Shown here in pieces: positions 11,094 to 20,580 of a stretch of DNA of 64,000 nt. Position 1 is the first letter of the stretch. Each line of letters opens with the position of its first letter. The DNA is from Bacteroidaceae bacterium (lineage in GTDB: Bacteria > Bacteroidota > Bacteroidia > Bacteroidales > Barnesiellaceae_A), in contig JAFXJY010000036.1 in assembly GCA_017531985.1 (NCBI GenBank), positions 2,298 through 66,297 of the forward strand, given 5' to 3'. The position numbers and the translations under genes are program-made. Under the pieces are notes generated by a model that made no database searches, was not told where the DNA came from, and worked only from the letters and a program-made list of their open reading frames with translations.

Positions 11094-11715
11094 AGATTAT
11101 ATGATTAAGTGTTTTTATGATTTGATTCGTTTGGTACATAGGATTGTCATTGCGTAGAATACAGCCCGACATAGCAATGCCCGATATGCCGGTCGACATG
11201 AGTGGCTCGACATCCTCTTCTTCTATCCCACCAATGGCTACAATGGGTGTATTAATACCACACTCTCTGCACTGTTGCATCATTTTGCGATAGCCCTCTA
11301 TTCCAAGTATGGGACTGAGGTTTTGTTTTGTTTCAGTATATCGGAATGGTCCCAGTCCTATATAATCTACACCTTGCTCAGTGAGTGATTGGATGTCTTC
11401 AAATGTGTTGGCTGTACCTCCAATAATGTATTCTTCACCTAATATTTGTCGGGCTTGCGATATGGGCATGTCATTTTTGCCAAGATGTACCCCATCGATG
11501 TCAGTTTGGCTTGCCAACTCTACATAATCATCGATAATGAGTATGGCATTGTGTTTGCGACATATCGGTTTTAATTGCTCTATTGCGTGAAGTATATCTT
11601 CCTTGTTGGTTTCTTTCATACGCAATTGTATCCATTTACAACCTCCTTCAAGGGCTGCAATCGCTCCCTCTATATGATTGTATCGGCTTGTATGATGTGT
11701 TATAAATTGTAGCAT
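11083..11715 (-). CDS. thiE: Thiamine-phosphate synthase
   Basis: ThiE/TMP-TENI family: [21 protein letters not shown]. Confidence 0.85.
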   Translation of the reverse strand: MLQFITHHTSRYNHIEGAIAALEGGCKWIQLRMKETNKEDILHAIEQLKPICRKHNAILIIDDYVELASQTDIDGVHLGKNDMPISQARQILGEEYIIGGTANTFEDIQSLTEQGVDYIGLGPFRYTETKQNLSPILGIEGYRKMMQQCRECGINTPIVAIGGIEEEDVEPLMSTGISGIAMSGCILRNDNPMYQTNQIIKTLNHIIYGE

Positions 11716-12305
11716 GACAATTGGCTTTTTATCTGTTTTATAATGTGTGTAATCTCCTTGGTGTTATGATTGTTCCACACATACCCCAGCATAGCTATAC
11801 CTCCAAATCCATAGGTCAACACCGAGTTGATATTGTCAATGGTAATACCGCCTAAGGCTATCACATTATGATCGATAATACCTCGTTGGTGTGCTTGTAA
11901 TAGTTCTTGTGGAGTATATTGTGAAGTGTATCCTTGCTTTGAGATACTGTTGTGTATAGGGCTGAGAAATAGATAATTACATGTTTTCTTATAACGCTCT
12001 ATTTCATGTAGTGTGTGGCATGACCGACTCACATCCCCACTCCACCAATCGGGGGGTGATGGATGGCGATGATTGAGATGTAGACCACCTACATTGTAGT
12101 GTGATGCCAGCGTATGTGCATCGTGTAGCACAATTTGCTTGTGATACTGCGGTGGTAGGGATTGTAATAGCAGCTCAATATCCTTTAAGGGAGTTAGTGG
12201 CTTGCGTATATGCACTCGATCGGCTCCGGCCTCTATTATATTGGTTATGATGGAGGCCTCTTGTGGTATAATCTTCTCTTGAGTGATGACGATCAACTTT
12301 TTCAT
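11700..12305 (-). CDS. Second ThiE/TenI-family protein (thiamine-phosphate synthase paralog or thiazole tautomerase)
   Basis: Same fold signature (VHIRKP, GGLHLNHRH, ALGGI). Overlaps thiE by 16 nt. Confidence 0.7.
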   Translation of the reverse strand: MKKLIVITQEKIIPQEASIITNIIEAGADRVHIRKPLTPLKDIELLLQSLPPQYHKQIVLHDAHTLASHYNVGGLHLNHRHPSPPDWWSGDVSRSCHTLHEIERYKKTCNYLFLSPIHNSISKQGYTSQYTPQELLQAHQRGIIDHNVIALGGITIDNINSVLTYGFGGIAMLGYVWNNHNTKEITHIIKQIKSQLSCYNL

Positions 12306-12310
12306 GACAG

Positions 12311-12511
12311 TTACCCTCCGTAAGCTGCTGCAATAACGACAACATTGTCATTCTCAACGAGAATAGTGCTATCCCACAGTTGCCGTGGAACTATTTGGTT
12401 GTTTACTGCTACTGCAACGTTAAGTTGTGGCAAGCCCACTTCTATAAGCAATTGTCTTACCGTTGTGTCGGGTGCAATGTCACGAGTTGTATTGTTCAGT
12501 GTTATATTCAT
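12311..12511 (-). CDS. thiS: Sulfur-carrier protein ThiS
   Basis: 66 aa starting MNITLNN and ending in the diglycine YGG. I take the start as the internal ATG at 12511, because the longer ORF-track version overlaps thiD. Confidence 0.85.
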   Translation of the reverse strand: MNITLNNTTRDIAPDTTVRQLLIEVGLPQLNVAVAVNNQIVPRQLWDSTILVENDNVVVIAAAYGG

Positions 12512-12533
12512 GATAGTATGATAATAATGAAAA

Positions 12534-13355
12534 TTACATATTGATAATGGATAAAGGTTGTGGGGCAAAAGCATGATTGAGAGCACCATGACCACGACCG
12601 GCAAAAACATCTGAGCCATGTGCAATGGCTTGTGTTACAAATTCTTTGGCTCGGGCTGTTGCTTCTTGCAGATTGTACCCTTTGGCTCGATAAGCAGCTA
12701 TGGCCGACGATAGAGTGCAACCGGTTCCGTGGGTGTTATGGGTAGTATAACGGGGCGAGGAGTAGTGATTGACTTGAAGATTGTTGTCGATGAGTGTATC
12801 GGTCGATAAGAGGTTGTCGAAGTGACCGCCTTTCATCAAAACTGCTCTGCAACCTTTGCTCAACGTCTTGTGTGCCGCCTCAATAATATCGTCGGGTTGC
12901 ACTATATCCATGCCCGATAACAAGGAGGCTTCGTGGAGGTTGGGAGTAACTATCTCCGATAATGGAAAAATATACTTGACAACAGCATCAATGGCATCGT
13001 CCGATAGTAATTTATGCCCCGATGTCGACACCATGACAGGATCGGTTATAATAGGTATATCGATACCATTCAGTGCATCGGCAACAGCTTTTACAATGGA
13101 GGCATTGCACAGCATCCCTATCTTGATACTATCTATTATCAAGTCATCGAGTACAGCCTTTATCTGTTTGGCAACAATATCAGGAGTAATGGGTTGAATG
13201 TCTATTACTCCCATCGTATTTTGGGCTGTAATAGCTGTGATGGCTGTTGATGCATAGACACCTACTGCCGAGCAAGTTTTTATATCGGCTTGTATGCCGG
13301 CACCTCCGCTGCTATCGGAGCCTGCAATAATTAATGTGGTAGGATAACGTTTCAT
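12534..13355 (-). CDS. thiD: Hydroxymethylpyrimidine / phosphomethylpyrimidine kinase
   Basis: [17 protein letters not shown] and [12 protein letters not shown] motifs. Confidence 0.9.
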   Translation of the reverse strand: MKRYPTTLIIAGSDSSGGAGIQADIKTCSAVGVYASTAITAITAQNTMGVIDIQPITPDIVAKQIKAVLDDLIIDSIKIGMLCNASIVKAVADALNGIDIPIITDPVMVSTSGHKLLSDDAIDAVVKYIFPLSEIVTPNLHEASLLSGMDIVQPDDIIEAAHKTLSKGCRAVLMKGGHFDNLLSTDTLIDNNLQVNHYSSPRYTTHNTHGTGCTLSSAIAAYRAKGYNLQEATARAKEFVTQAIAHGSDVFAGRGHGALNHAFAPQPLSIINM

Positions 13356-13390
13356 GTTACATCGCTTTTGATAGTTGGCAGGGATGCAAC

Positions 13391-13420
13391 AAAAAACTCA
13401 GACCTGATTATACGCCTGAG
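13391..13420 (-). terminator. Weak hairpin plus U6 in the riboswitch expression platform
   Basis: Minus-strand RNA CUCAG-gcguauaaucaggu-CUGAG-UUUUUU. The stem is only 5 bp. Confidence 0.35.
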
Positions 13421-13474
13421 AACACATATATACGAGAAAGTCGAAGTGAATATATTATTAGAGTTGCAATAACC

Positions 13475-13548
13475 AATTCCTACGACGGCATTACCCGCAT
13501 CAGGTTCATAGGGTATAATCTCAGCCGCACGTTAGCAGCACCCCTTAG
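13475..13548 (-). promoter_or_regulatory. TPP (THI-box) riboswitch aptamer
   Basis: Minus strand reads GGGGUGC..GGCUGAGAUUAUACCCUAUGAACCUGAUGCGGGUAAUGCCGUCGUAGGAA, which contains the conserved CUGAGA, ACCUGAU and GGUAAUGCC..CGUAGGAA blocks. It lies upstream of thiD. Confidence 0.9.
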
Positions 13549-13580
13549 TATGCAACTGCAAAGATATAAAACTTTTTTTG

Positions 13581-13588
13581 TATATTTG
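13581..13588 (+). promoter_or_regulatory. -7 box TAtaTTTG for obg
   Basis: Matches TAnnTTTG, 25 nt upstream of the ATG at 13613. Confidence 0.5.
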
Positions 13589-13612
13589 CACTCTCAACCT
13601 AAAAATATAACT

Positions 13613-14794
13613 ATGGCAGCATCAAATTTTGTCGATTACGTTAAGATATTCTGCCGCTCGGGCAAGGGCGGTGCCGGTTCTATGCACTTACATCGTGCCA
13701 AGTATGTCCCTAAGGGTGGCCCTGACGGAGGTGATGGCGGTCGCGGTGGACACATTATATTACGAGCCAATCGCAACTTGTGGACGTTGCTCCACCTACG
13801 TTATTCGCGTCACATCCTCGCCGGAAATGGTGGGCATGGTGGACCCAGCCGTAGTTCGGGTAAAGACGGTGAGGATAAACTTATAGAGGTACCATGTGGA
13901 ACAGCCGTTTTTGATGCCGATACCGGTGAGTTTATTACCGAAGTTACCACCGATGGTCAAGAATTGATTTTGCTTAAAGGTGGTCGTGGCGGATTGGGTA
14001 ACTGGAACTTCCGCAGTGCAACCAATCAGACTCCACGCTACGCACAGCCCGGAGAGCCTGCCATAGAGCGTAATATCATTCTCGAACTGAAATTGCTTGC
14101 CGATGTCGGTCTTGTAGGTTTCCCCAATGCAGGCAAGTCTACCCTACTCTCCTCTATCTCGGCTGCCAAGCCCAAGATTGCCGATTATCCTTTTACAACG
14201 CTCGAACCCAATCTCGGTATCGTTTCTTATCGTGACAACCTGTCGTTTGTAATGGCCGACATTCCCGGCATTATTGAGGGTGCCAGTGAAGGTCGCGGAC
14301 TGGGACTTCGTTTCCTACGTCATGTTGAGCGTAACGCACTCCTACTCTTTATGATTCCTGCCGATACCGATGATATTCGAGAGCAATATAACATCCTGCT
14401 TCGAGAACTCACCGAGTTCAATCCCGACTTGCTCGATAAGCAGCGTATCTTGGCCATTACCAAGTGCGATATGCTTGACGAAGAATTGATGGAGCAGATG
14501 AAAGCAGAGCTGCCCGAAGGTATTGAAACTGTTTTCATATCCTCCATTACCGGCATGGGACTGACCGAGTTGAAGGATGTTCTGTGGCGTACGCTCAACG
14601 ACGAAAGTAATCGCGTACTCACCTTCACGCATCGCGACCTCGATAAGCATCACCGCATCAAGGAAGAAGATGAGTATGATCTCGGTATAGACACCCTCGA
14701 TGGAGACGACGATGAAGATTACATTGAGGACGATTGGGATGAAGCGTATGATGATGAAGAAACAACCCCCAATCATCGTGAGGAGGAGTGGTAA
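13613..14794 (+). CDS. obg: GTPase Obg/CgtA
   Basis: Glycine-rich Obg fold ([12 protein letters not shown]), G1 [10 protein letters not shown]3 DIPGII. The start is moved to [13 protein letters not shown] because the ORF-track start lies inside the promoter. Confidence 0.9.
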   Translation: MAASNFVDYVKIFCRSGKGGAGSMHLHRAKYVPKGGPDGGDGGRGGHIILRANRNLWTLLHLRYSRHILAGNGGHGGPSRSSGKDGEDKLIEVPCGTAVFDADTGEFITEVTTDGQELILLKGGRGGLGNWNFRSATNQTPRYAQPGEPAIERNIILELKLLADVGLVGFPNAGKSTLLSSISAAKPKIADYPFTTLEPNLGIVSYRDNLSFVMADIPGIIEGASEGRGLGLRFLRHVERNALLLFMIPADTDDIREQYNILLRELTEFNPDLLDKQRILAITKCDMLDEELMEQMKAELPEGIETVFISSITGMGLTELKDVLWRTLNDESNRVLTFTHRDLDKHHRIKEEDEYDLGIDTLDGDDDEDYIEDDWDEAYDDEETTPNHREEEW

Positions 14795-15609
14795 TGAACA
14801 TAACTCAGCACAAAGGAGTAACCCTGTATAATTTTGAGTCACCGGCATTCGAGTCGGTGACTACTTTTGTAACCACTCGTCACAATCCCTATGGCACTGC
14901 ACAGGCACGAGGCGATTTCAATCTCGGTCTCTACTGTGGTGACGATACATTGATAGTGGAAAATAATCTGCAACAATTGTGTGAAGCACTCGACATCACC
15001 CGACAGCAACTATTCTATCCACACCAAGTACATGGTCATGAAGTAGCAGTTATCGATGAAGCCTTTACTACCTTGCCACACAGTGAACAGCAAGCAGCAC
15101 TTGATGGTGTCGATGCTATTATAACCAATGTACCCCATATTGCTATTGCCGTTACAACAGCCGACTGTGTTCCCATCATACTGCACGACGCTGAACATCA
15201 TGCCATCGCAGCCATTCATGCCGGTTGGCGTGGTACGGCACAAGAGATAGTGTGCCACACAATAGAGCGTATGACTATCCTTTATGGTACAAATCCCGCC
15301 CACTTACAGGCAGGTATTGCTCCTTGTATATCGGTCGATGCTTATGAGGTTGGTGATGAGGTTATTAATGAATTGCGAAGTGTGGTAGGCGATATTGAAA
15401 GTGTAGCTATTCGTAATAATTTGACGGGTAAAATGCACATCGACCTTGCAGCTGCCAATGTCGACCAACTATTACGTTGCGGGGTAGATCTCATGAACAT
15501 CGAAGTGTGTGGTATATGCACTCACCAACATAGCGATACTTTCTATTCCGTTCGAGCTTTGGGAGCAGAAACCGGTCGCTTCCTCACAGGTGTGATGATG
15601 GCTCAGTAG
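14794..15609 (+). CDS. pgeF: YfiH/PgeF-family (laccase-domain) peptidoglycan editing factor
   Basis: QVHG..., TADCVPI and HAGWRGT motifs. Its ATG overlaps the obg stop (TAATG). Confidence 0.8.
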   Translation: MNITQHKGVTLYNFESPAFESVTTFVTTRHNPYGTAQARGDFNLGLYCGDDTLIVENNLQQLCEALDITRQQLFYPHQVHGHEVAVIDEAFTTLPHSEQQAALDGVDAIITNVPHIAIAVTTADCVPIILHDAEHHAIAAIHAGWRGTAQEIVCHTIERMTILYGTNPAHLQAGIAPCISVDAYEVGDEVINELRSVVGDIESVAIRNNLTGKMHIDLAAANVDQLLRCGVDLMNIEVCGICTHQHSDTFYSVRALGAETGRFLTGVMMAQ

Positions 15610-15700
15610 CCAATTAGTGTGGGTAAGCATAGAGCGTTAATAAGAAGCATAAAAAAAGGAATGGGAGTACCATTCCTTTTTTTTATGTGTACATTATATA

Positions 15701-16372
15701 CTAAAACGTAATACCCAAACTTAGACTTAATCCATGATATAGTTGGCGAGAGATTAGCAATTCATCGTCGACATAACCGCCAAATGTGGGATAGAAGCGG
15801 GCATCATAGCCTGCTTTCAAATAGAAGCTGAACATATCATCCAAACGCCAGTTAACACCCACGGCAGGAGCAAAAATAAATCCCGATGTGTTAACCTTGT
15901 CGCCACTATAATTTTCATTTTTGTAATCAACAGGAGCTGAGAACTTACCACCTACCGAGATAGCCAAGAATGGTTGGAAACGGGTTTGTGTAAAATAAGT
16001 ACGCAGGTGCAAGAATACAGGGAAACTTGTCAGCCAATCTCGTAGTATTGGACCTGTTTGTGCATTGTAATCTGTACTATGTTCTTCGCCACTGATACCT
16101 ACACCCAGACCTATGAATACAGCATTGCTAAATCGGTAACCACCAATGTAGCTCACACCACCACCGCCGTAAGTGTTGCTGACAAATCCATAAATATCTA
16201 TCGATTGCTCATATCCGGGAGTGATGGGTTTTAGTGTTTTACCTGATTGACTTACTTGTGTCGATGATATTTCGGTGCTTTCATAATCGTTTTGACTCTC
16301 GGCCATAACACTTTGCGACACGCTTACCAATGCAATAAGCACAAGGAGATTAAGGAGTTGTTTTTTCATCAT
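15701..16372 (-). CDS. Small outer-membrane beta-barrel protein
   Basis: Signal peptide MMKKQLLNLLVLIALVSVSQSVMA, alternating beta pattern, C-terminal LSLGITF. I take the start at ATGATG 16372 rather than the ORF-track 16645. Confidence 0.7.
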   Translation of the reverse strand: MMKKQLLNLLVLIALVSVSQSVMAESQNDYESTEISSTQVSQSGKTLKPITPGYEQSIDIYGFVSNTYGGGGVSYIGGYRFSNAVFIGLGVGISGEEHSTDYNAQTGPILRDWLTSFPVFLHLRTYFTQTRFQPFLAISVGGKFSAPVDYKNENYSGDKVNTSGFIFAPAVGVNWRLDDMFSFYLKAGYDARFYPTFGGYVDDELLISRQLYHGLSLSLGITF

Positions 16373-16413
16373 TAATTGTGTTTCATTGCCCCTCACGTCC
16401 CTTTGAGGTTTAT

Positions 16414-16501
16414 AAAAAATAAAAAAGCGTGGACGATGTTCGTTTATCTTATTCGAGGCATCGCCAAACGCCTTACACGAAATAAACAGCCCACCCCACG
16501 C
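16414..16501 (-). terminator. Long intrinsic terminator inside the leader upstream of the barrel gene
   Basis: Minus RNA: GCGUGG...(stems GUUUAU/AUAAAC, UUCG/CGAA, AGGC/GCCU)...CCACGC followed by UUUUUUAUUUUUU. Confidence 0.55.
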
Positions 16502-16663
16502 ATTGCCTATATAACAATCCCCTTGCCGGGGTGGATATGGCAAGCATAGGCGTTTTGTGACTGCATTACCCCTCGTGTATGAAATTGGCGATTTCCGAAT
16601 CAAGGATAAAGCAAAAACGCTTTTATGAAAAATGTAGCGGAACAAGCGTTCTCATTCCAAAGG

Positions 16664-16671
16664 CAAAGTTA
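16664..16671 (-). promoter_or_regulatory. -7 box TAacTTTG driving the structured leader or sRNA
   Basis: The reverse complement of caaagtta matches TAnnTTTG, about 290 nt upstream of the ATG at 16372. Confidence 0.4.
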
Positions 16672-16893
16672 GCGATTGTTTTTATATATACAATAAGATT
16701 TGTGAAAAATATAGATGAAGAATGGGGCTTTTACTTTCAAAGTCGAAAATTTATTACCGTCAAGTTCTACATCGACCGTAAAATATTGCATATTCTTGTT
16801 GTAAAATACCCAAGTGTGTTATTATGTCATAAATTTTGCGTATATTAGCACCGCGAAATATTGAACAAATCGTAAACTAAATAAAACAATCAG

Positions 16894-18852
16894 ATGAAAG
16901 AAGAAAAGAAACAACCTATCGAACTACCCGAAAATGCTTTTCGGGAGTTGAAGGAGGGCGAAGAGTATCAGCCTATTATGTCGCCCGACAAGGTGTACCC
17001 CGAGGTGAACGCATGGTCGGTATCGTGGGGTATCGTTATGGCCGTTATCTTCTCGGCTGCTGCTGCCTATTTGGGCTTGAAAGTGGGACAAGTATTTGAA
17101 GCTGCTATCCCTATTGCCATTATTGCGGTAAGCCTTTCGGGTGCATTTAAGCGTAAGAATGCCCTTGGTGAGAATGTTATTATCCAGTCTATTGGTGCAT
17201 GTTCGGGTGTGATTGTTGCCGGTGCTATCTTTACATTGCCGGCTCTTTACATTTTGCAAGCCAAATATCCCGATCTTACAGTCAATTTTATCGAGGTATT
17301 CCTCAGTTCGTTATTAGGTGGTATCTTGGGTATCTTGTTCCTTATCCCATTCCGCAAATACTTTGTGAAAGATATGCACGGAAAGTATCCTTTCCCCGAG
17401 GCAACAGCTACTACACAGGTACTTGTGTCGGGTGAGAAAGGTGGTAATCAAGCCAAGCCTCTCATCATGGCGGGTCTTATAGGTGGATTGTATGACTTCT
17501 GTCTCTCTACTTTCGGTTGGTGGAGTGAAGTGCTTACTACTCGTGTACTTCCTTTCGGTGCTGCACTCGCCACTAAGGCTAAAATGGTGTTTAGTGTATA
17601 TACAGGCTCGGCGGTATTGGGTCTCGGATTTATCATCGGTCTTAAATATTCGATGATTATCTGTGCCGGTTCGCTGTTTGTATGGTTTATCATAGTTCCT
17701 TTATTGCCTCATTTGGGTGTTGACGCTGCTATTGCCGGCATGCAACCCGAGCAGATCTTTACCGACTATGCACGTCATATAGGTATTGGTGGTATAGCTA
17801 TGGCAGGTCTTATAGGTATATGGAACTCTCGCAAGATTATCACCGGAGCCATAGGTCTTGCCGCACAAGAGTTGGGTAATAAGGGTGAAGCCGGAGAAGT
17901 AAAGGTAGAGCGTACGCAACGTGACATCTCGATGAAATATGTAGTGTATGGCATCGTCTTTGCACTCCTTTTTACTTTCTTGTTCTTCTACTTGGGTGTT
18001 ATTAATTGTTGGTGGCAAGCACTCATTGCTTTCTTAGTAGTACTTGTTATTGCATTCTTATTTACAACAGTCGCTGCCAATGCGATAGCCATTGTAGGTA
18101 GTAACCCCGTATCGGGTATGACCTTGATGACTCTCATCGTAGCTTCTGTAATTCTTGTAGCTATCGGACTGAAAGGTACAAGCGGTATAGTGGCTGCCCT
18201 CATTATCGGTGGTGTAGTATGTACTGCCCTCTCGATGGCCGGTGGCTTTATTACCGACCTAAAAGTAGGATATTGGTTGGGTACAACTCCTGCCAAGCAA
18301 GAGACTTGGAAGTTCCTTGGAACTCTTGTATCAGCAGCAACTGTGGGTGGTGTAATTCTTGTAATGAATGAAACATATGGTTTCACCAGTGGTGAACTTG
18401 CCGCTCCTCAGGCCAATGCCATGGCAGCTGTTATCGATCCTCTCATGATGGGCGAAGGAGCACCTTGGGCGTTGTATGGTATAGGTGCAGCGTTGGCACT
18501 TATTCTCAACTTCTGTAAAGTACCTGCCCTGCCCTTCTCATTGGGTATGTTCATTCCTTTGCAACTCAATACACCTCTGCTCATAGGTGGTCTCATCAGC
18601 TGGTATGTGGGTAGCCGCTCGAAAGATGCCGAGGTTAATAAAGCACGAGTAGAACGTGGTACACTTCTTGCATCAGGCTTCATCGCCGGTGGTGCATTGT
18701 TGGGTGTAGTAAGTGCCATCATGCGTTTTGCCGGATTCTCATACACTTGTCCTTGGGGTGAAAACTTACCCTTGATGCAAGGTATAGGTCTTGTTATATA
18801 TCTGGCGGTTATATTCTATTTGTGTCGAGCCAGTCTGGCAGCCAAGAAGTAA
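16894..18852 (+). CDS. OPT-family oligopeptide transporter
   Basis: 652 aa, highly hydrophobic with many TM segments and OPT-like sequence. Confidence 0.8.
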   Translation: MKEEKKQPIELPENAFRELKEGEEYQPIMSPDKVYPEVNAWSVSWGIVMAVIFSAAAAYLGLKVGQVFEAAIPIAIIAVSLSGAFKRKNALGENVIIQSIGACSGVIVAGAIFTLPALYILQAKYPDLTVNFIEVFLSSLLGGILGILFLIPFRKYFVKDMHGKYPFPEATATTQVLVSGEKGGNQAKPLIMAGLIGGLYDFCLSTFGWWSEVLTTRVLPFGAALATKAKMVFSVYTGSAVLGLGFIIGLKYSMIICAGSLFVWFIIVPLLPHLGVDAAIAGMQPEQIFTDYARHIGIGGIAMAGLIGIWNSRKIITGAIGLAAQELGNKGEAGEVKVERTQRDISMKYVVYGIVFALLFTFLFFYLGVINCWWQALIAFLVVLVIAFLFTTVAANAIAIVGSNPVSGMTLMTLIVASVILVAIGLKGTSGIVAALIIGGVVCTALSMAGGFITDLKVGYWLGTTPAKQETWKFLGTLVSAATVGGVILVMNETYGFTSGELAAPQANAMAAVIDPLMMGEGAPWALYGIGAALALILNFCKVPALPFSLGMFIPLQLNTPLLIGGLISWYVGSRSKDAEVNKARVERGTLLASGFIAGGALLGVVSAIMRFAGFSYTCPWGENLPLMQGIGLVIYLAVIFYLCRASLAAKK

Positions 18853-18881
18853 AAAGCTAATTAAAACTTTGATACACTGTG

Positions 18882-18918
18882 CGAGGCAAGTCGATAATGC
18901 GACTTGCCTCGTTTGGTT
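18882..18918 (+). terminator. Rho-independent terminator
   Basis: Perfect 12-bp stem cgaggcaagtcg/cgacttgcctcg followed by TTTGGTTT. Confidence 0.8.
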
Positions 18919-19201
18919 TATTTAGTAATGTATGAAAATAACTTGCATCAATTTCTCTCTTGCTAAGATTTATTCTCTACATTATTATGGTTAAGTACTC
19001 TTTTTTATCTCTCTTATACATCTTTCACAGTTGTATAGCTCGTTATGCTCAATAAGATAGAGCCAAAATAGCAGCTTTCAAATGAAGCAATTTATTCTTT
19101 ACACGTTACATAGCACCCTTTACGAGCAAGTAAAATCAAATTAAGTATTGGGAACAGATATATTTTTGAGAACAAAGAGATATTATTTATAATAAAAGTC
19201 G

Positions 19202-19209
19202 TAAATTTG
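19202..19209 (+). promoter_or_regulatory. -7 box TAaaTTTG
   Basis: Matches TAnnTTTG, 21 nt upstream of the ATG at 19230. Confidence 0.5.
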
Positions 19210-19229
19210 CACAAAATAATATCCTTACT

Positions 19230-20516
19230 ATGAATACCACAGAGAGAAAACAGATTATCGACTTAGTAAAGCGTGAGGTCGTTCCGGCTATTGGCTGTAC
19301 CGAACCCATTGCAGTAGCGTTGTGTGTTGCTTATGCAACTGAGGCGTTGGGATGCCGTCCCGACAAGATAGAAGTACTATTGAGTGCCAATGTATTGAAG
19401 AATGCGATGGGTGTGGGAATACCCGGAACAGGCATGATAGGTTTGCCCATAGCTATTGCCTTAGGTGCATTGATAGGAAAAACCGAGTATCAACTGGAAG
19501 TTCTCAAAGACTGTAATGCACAAGAAGTGGAACGCGGTAAAGAGATGATTGATTCCAATTGTATAGATATTAAGTTGAAAGAAAATATCACTGAGAAATT
19601 ATATATTGAGGTAACATGTCATGCCGATGGACACAAAGCAACAGCCACCATTGCAGGTAGTCATACCAATGTGGTGTACCTTGCCTACGACAACGAAGTG
19701 CGTGTCAATAATACAACATCAAGTACACAAGCATCGGATACCGAACAAGTGGAGTTGACTATGCAACGTGTGTGGGAGTTTGCAACAACAGCCCCACTCG
19801 ATGAGATAGAATTTATACGAGATGCAGCACGCCTTAACAAAGCAGCTGCCGAATTTTCATTCAAGGGCGATTACGGTCACTGCTTGGGAAAAACCATGCA
19901 AGGCACACTCGAACAAAAGATAATGGGCAAAAACACCTTTACACACGTTCTGTCCTATACCTCAGCAGCATGCGATGCCCGTATGGCCGGAGCTATGGTA
20001 CCTGTAATGAGTAACTCGGGAAGTGGCAATCAAGGTATAGCAGCCACTATGCCAGTAGTCATATTTGCCGAAGATAATGGTAATAGCGAAGAACAACTCA
20101 TCAGAGCATTAATGCTGAGTCACCTCACAACTATCTATATCAAACAGACATTGGGTCGATTGTCGGCCTTGTGTGGCTGTGTAGTAGCTACTACCGGTGC
20201 AAGTTGCGGTATAACCTATCTGATGGGAGGTAACTACGAAAACATAACCTATGCGGTGAAAAATATGATAGCCAACCTGACCGGTATGATATGCGATGGT
20301 GCCAAACCCAGTTGTGCATTGAAGATAACCGGCAGTGTAGCCAACTGTATGTTAGCAGCCATGTTGGCTATGGAAGGTCGTTATGTAACAGCATTGGAAG
20401 GTATTATTGATGAAGATGTGGACCGTTGCATACGAAATCTCACTCGCATTGGTTCGCAGGGCATGAACGAAACCGATAGCCTCGTACTTGACATCATGAC
20501 TCATAAAGGATGCTGA
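19230..20516 (+). CDS. UPF0597/YhaM-family protein (serine dehydratase alpha-like, putative cysteine desulfidase)
   Basis: 428 aa with IGCTEPIAVAL near the N-terminus and conserved SNSGSGNQG and CDGAKPSCA blocks. Confidence 0.65.
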   Translation: MNTTERKQIIDLVKREVVPAIGCTEPIAVALCVAYATEALGCRPDKIEVLLSANVLKNAMGVGIPGTGMIGLPIAIALGALIGKTEYQLEVLKDCNAQEVERGKEMIDSNCIDIKLKENITEKLYIEVTCHADGHKATATIAGSHTNVVYLAYDNEVRVNNTTSSTQASDTEQVELTMQRVWEFATTAPLDEIEFIRDAARLNKAAAEFSFKGDYGHCLGKTMQGTLEQKIMGKNTFTHVLSYTSAACDARMAGAMVPVMSNSGSGNQGIAATMPVVIFAEDNGNSEEQLIRALMLSHLTTIYIKQTLGRLSALCGCVVATTGASCGITYLMGGNYENITYAVKNMIANLTGMICDGAKPSCALKITGSVANCMLAAMLAMEGRYVTALEGIIDEDVDRCIRNLTRIGSQGMNETDSLVLDIMTHKGC

Positions 20517-20580
20517 CATTTTTAATTGGTAGTGTCCGTATATTTTAGTAATTAGTAATTATAAATAAAGAGAAAAATAT

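Noticed and set aside
12311-12625. 104-aa version of the thiS ORF in the supplied track
   Set aside because: The first 38 codons overlap the 3' end of thiD and look non-protein-like. The internal ATG at 12511 gives a canonical 66-aa ThiS ending in GG.
16373-16645. 91-codon N-terminal extension of the outer-membrane barrel ORF
   Set aside because: The extension has no signal-peptide logic and runs through a terminator-like structure and a U-tract. A textbook signal peptide starts at MMKKQ (16372).
17448-18746. Series of 80-130-aa minus-strand ORFs inside the OPT transporter gene, with similar antisense ORFs inside thiC, htrA, nrdJ, RNase G and clpX
   Set aside because: All are antisense to strongly supported genes and have no independent start or promoter evidence. 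They are the expected by-product of codon bias.
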